Shown here piece after piece: positions 61,445 to 64,000 of a stretch of 64,000 nt of DNA (positions are counted from its first letter, which is position 1; each line of letters starts with the position of its first letter). The translations under genes and the position numbers were made by a program. Below the pieces are notes generated by a model. The model was not told the origin of the DNA. It saw only the letters and a program-made list of their open reading frames with translations, and made no database searches. The stretch spans positions 25,110,001-25,174,000 of the forward strand of contig NC_043004.1 of the NCBI RefSeq assembly GCF_006345805.1, read 5' to 3'. This DNA is from Octopus sinensis (taxonomy: Eukaryota).

Positions 61445-61960
61445 AGCCTCTGTGCAGCGTATAAGCTATTGGGAAACACTCAAGAGATTAAGACTCTGTT
61501 CCTTAGAGCGTAGGCGAGAAAGATATGCCATAATATACATCTGGAAGATCCTGGAAGGACTTGTCCCAAACTTTGGCATCGAGAGTTACACAAATACTAG
61601 AACTGGGCACCACTGCATAGTGCCAAGGACTCCAAATTTGCCATCAAGATATAGGACAAGATACTGCGATAGCCTGGGTTTCAGATGTTCACAGCTCTTT
61701 AATATCCTCCCGAAGGACCTGAGAGACCTGCATGGGGTGGATGCGGATGTCTTTAAAATAAAGCTGGATCTCTTCCTGTCAGGTGTCCCAAATGAACCAG
61801 CTTCATGGCAGGAGGTGCAGATGAGGGCAGCTGCATCAAACTCTCTCATGCACCAAATGTCAATTGCTAAAAAGCATTCGTAAAGTAAAATTATGTAGCA
61901 ACACCAAATGGCGGTGCCCCAGCATGGTCACAGCTCGTGAGCTGAAACTAGATGAAATGA
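61445..61960 (+). mobile_element. CR1/L2-type LINE, 5'-truncated (ORF2 C-terminus and 3'UTR)
   Basis: SYWETLKRLRLCSLERRRERYAIIYIWKILEG...FKIKLDLFLSGVPNEP. The UTR ends with a stem-loop and (GAAAT) repeats. Confidence 0.88.
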
Positions 61961-61969
61961 AATGTATGT

Positions 61970-62680
61970 TTATATGCATATGTATATATATATATGTATA
62001 TATATGTATATATATACATACGTATATATATATGTGTATGTATATATATGTATATATATATACATATGTATATATATATATATATATATACATATATGTA
62101 TGTGTATATATATGGATATATATGTATGTATATATGTATATATGTATATATATGTATGTATATATATATGTATGTATGTATATATATGTATATATATGTA
62201 TGCATATATATATATGTATATAAATATATGTATATATATATGTATATATATATATGTATATGTATATTATATATGTATATATATATATGTATATATATGT
62301 ATATATATATGAACGTAAATATATGTGCATATATATATGTATATATATATATATATATAATACATATATGTATGTGTATATATATGGATATATATGTATG
62401 TATATATGTATATATGTATATATATGATGTATATATATATGTATGTATATATATATATGTATATATATGTATGCATATATATATTATGTATATATATATA
62501 TATGTATATATATTATGTATATATATATGTATATGTATATTATATATGTATATATATATATGTATATATATGTATATATATATGAACGTAAATATATGTG
62601 CATATATATTGTATATATGTATATATATATATATATATTACACACAAATATATATATGCATGTATACATATGCGTGTCTG
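61970..62680. repeat. (TA)/(TATG)-rich minisatellite-like array with about 273-bp higher-order duplication
   Basis: GAACGTAAATATATGTGC at about 62311 and 62585; TATGGATATATATG at about 62112 and 62383. Confidence 0.9.
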
Positions 62681-63299
62681 TATGTTCATTCATACACACA
62701 CGCGCTGGCATAGACAGGCATACACCCATATCCACACGCATACACAAACATGACTACTCAGATTACAGTAATATATACACATTTTCTTTCAAAAGTCACA
62801 ATAATATCTCTGTCGGCGCGTCCCCTCAGAATCTAGGTTGTATATGTCGATCCTTATCTGTCTAGAATTTCTGTCTAGTTTTCTTATGAGACTATTTATT
62901 ACTAACGATCGCCTTTGGATCCGAGGTTTCGTGTTACAAATACTAAAACAAAACCGGTTCAGCTGCTTCAGAATTCAATAAAAATAACGATATTATGGGG
63001 TATAGTTATAAGGCCAGTGGTTAAGGTGTTTCGCTGTATTCCTAGGATCGTGGTATGATTGTTGTATCATGAGGGGAATTACGTCCTGAAGGCATTTCAT
63101 TTCACTCAGCTGGAAATAATTACAAGCCGGGTGCTGGAGTACCCGTCTCTCCCCTTACAGTAGAACACTCTGGATGTTTCTCAAGGTGAGGGGCTGAGGT
63201 GGTTGAAGAACCAGAGACGGGCCAAGAGTTAGGGTCTGTGTCTATTTACTACTACATATTCACTTAAAAACAATTAGCGAAGACCTGGTTATTGCTATC

Positions 63300-63690
63300 T
63301 GTATATAGATGCATGTATAAATGCATGTATATAGATGCATGTGTGTATGTATGCATGCACGTATGCATGTCCGTGTGTATGTATGTGTGTATGCATGTAT
63401 GCATGTACGTATGTACGTGTGTGTATATATGTGTGTGTGTGTATGTATGTGTGTGTATGTGTATGTATGTGTGTATGTGTGCATGTATGTGTATGTGTGT
63501 ATATGTGTGTATGCGTGTATGCATATATGTATGTGTGTATGCATGCATATATATATGTATGTACGCATGCATGCATACATGTATGTACGCATGCATGCAT
63601 ACATGTATGTATGTATGTATGTATGTATGTATGTATGTATGTATATATGTATGTGTGTGTGTATGTACGTATGTATGTATTACGTACGTA
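63300..63690. repeat. Degenerate (TG)/(TATG)/(TGCA) microsatellite block
   Basis: Direct inspection. Confidence 0.9.
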
Positions 63691-63787
63691 CGCACAATAT
63701 AAACAGTGGCTGTTTACTTCGAAGAATTTCGACGATGATGCCTTCTCAACATAGTCTATGTTAAAATGAAATTTCCGTCGTATAGGG

Positions 63788-64000
63788 CAGTGCTTCTCAA
63801 ACTATCTGATGTAGCGTGCCGGCAGTTTTTTTTCCAATGTGCCGGGGACCGGTAATATTTCTTAGTAATATTAATTTATACAGTAAACGATTTATATAAT
63901 GAATATAATAAAAGTTGACAAATTTTAAAATCTTTTATTTATTTTGTAAACAAATCATACAATATTGCATAAGCATTTTATAATGTTTCTTGCTTTTCTG
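63788..64000. mobile_element. Probable hAT (Charlie-like) element left end, running off the window
   Basis: Begins CAGTGCTTCTCAAACT, a typical hAT/Charlie terminus. Confidence 0.45.

Overview
Eukaryotic, AT-rich, repeat-saturated genomic DNA. The SINE families and microsatellite load look like an Octopus (cephalopod) genome; this is recognition by eye, not a search. Most ORFs in the supplied track are translated microsatellites or retroelement debris. Recognisable content: (1) about 30 copies of three or four tRNA-type SINE families. (2) Decayed non-LTR retrotransposons of three groups: R4/Dong-like RT+REL, L1/Tx1-like, and CR1/L2-like 3' ends. (3) At least four Tc1/mariner elements, a Helitron helicase remnant, MITE/foldback elements and hAT termini. 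(4) Several hammerhead-ribozyme-like motifs of the type carried by Penelope-like elements. (5) A 2.1-kb and a 316-bp tandem duplication. No intact multi-exon host gene can be read. The best host-gene candidate is a + strand exon at 61100-61248 encoding a mitochondrial-presequence-like N-terminus, with a promoter-like element and possible 5'UTR exons at 56.3-57.2 kb. A second CpG-rich first-exon-like island lies at 42.3-42.45 kb. The strongest signals are these: SINE 3' tails that match LINE 3' ends present in the same window, including a covarying stem-loop; a dimeric SINE inside one TSD; a twin-priming-like inverted R4/Dong element; REL elements nested in specific microsatellites; and multiple distinct hammerhead-like motifs. 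No CRISPR, rRNA or bona fide tRNA genes were seen. Coordinates of decayed elements are approximate (about +/-20 bp).
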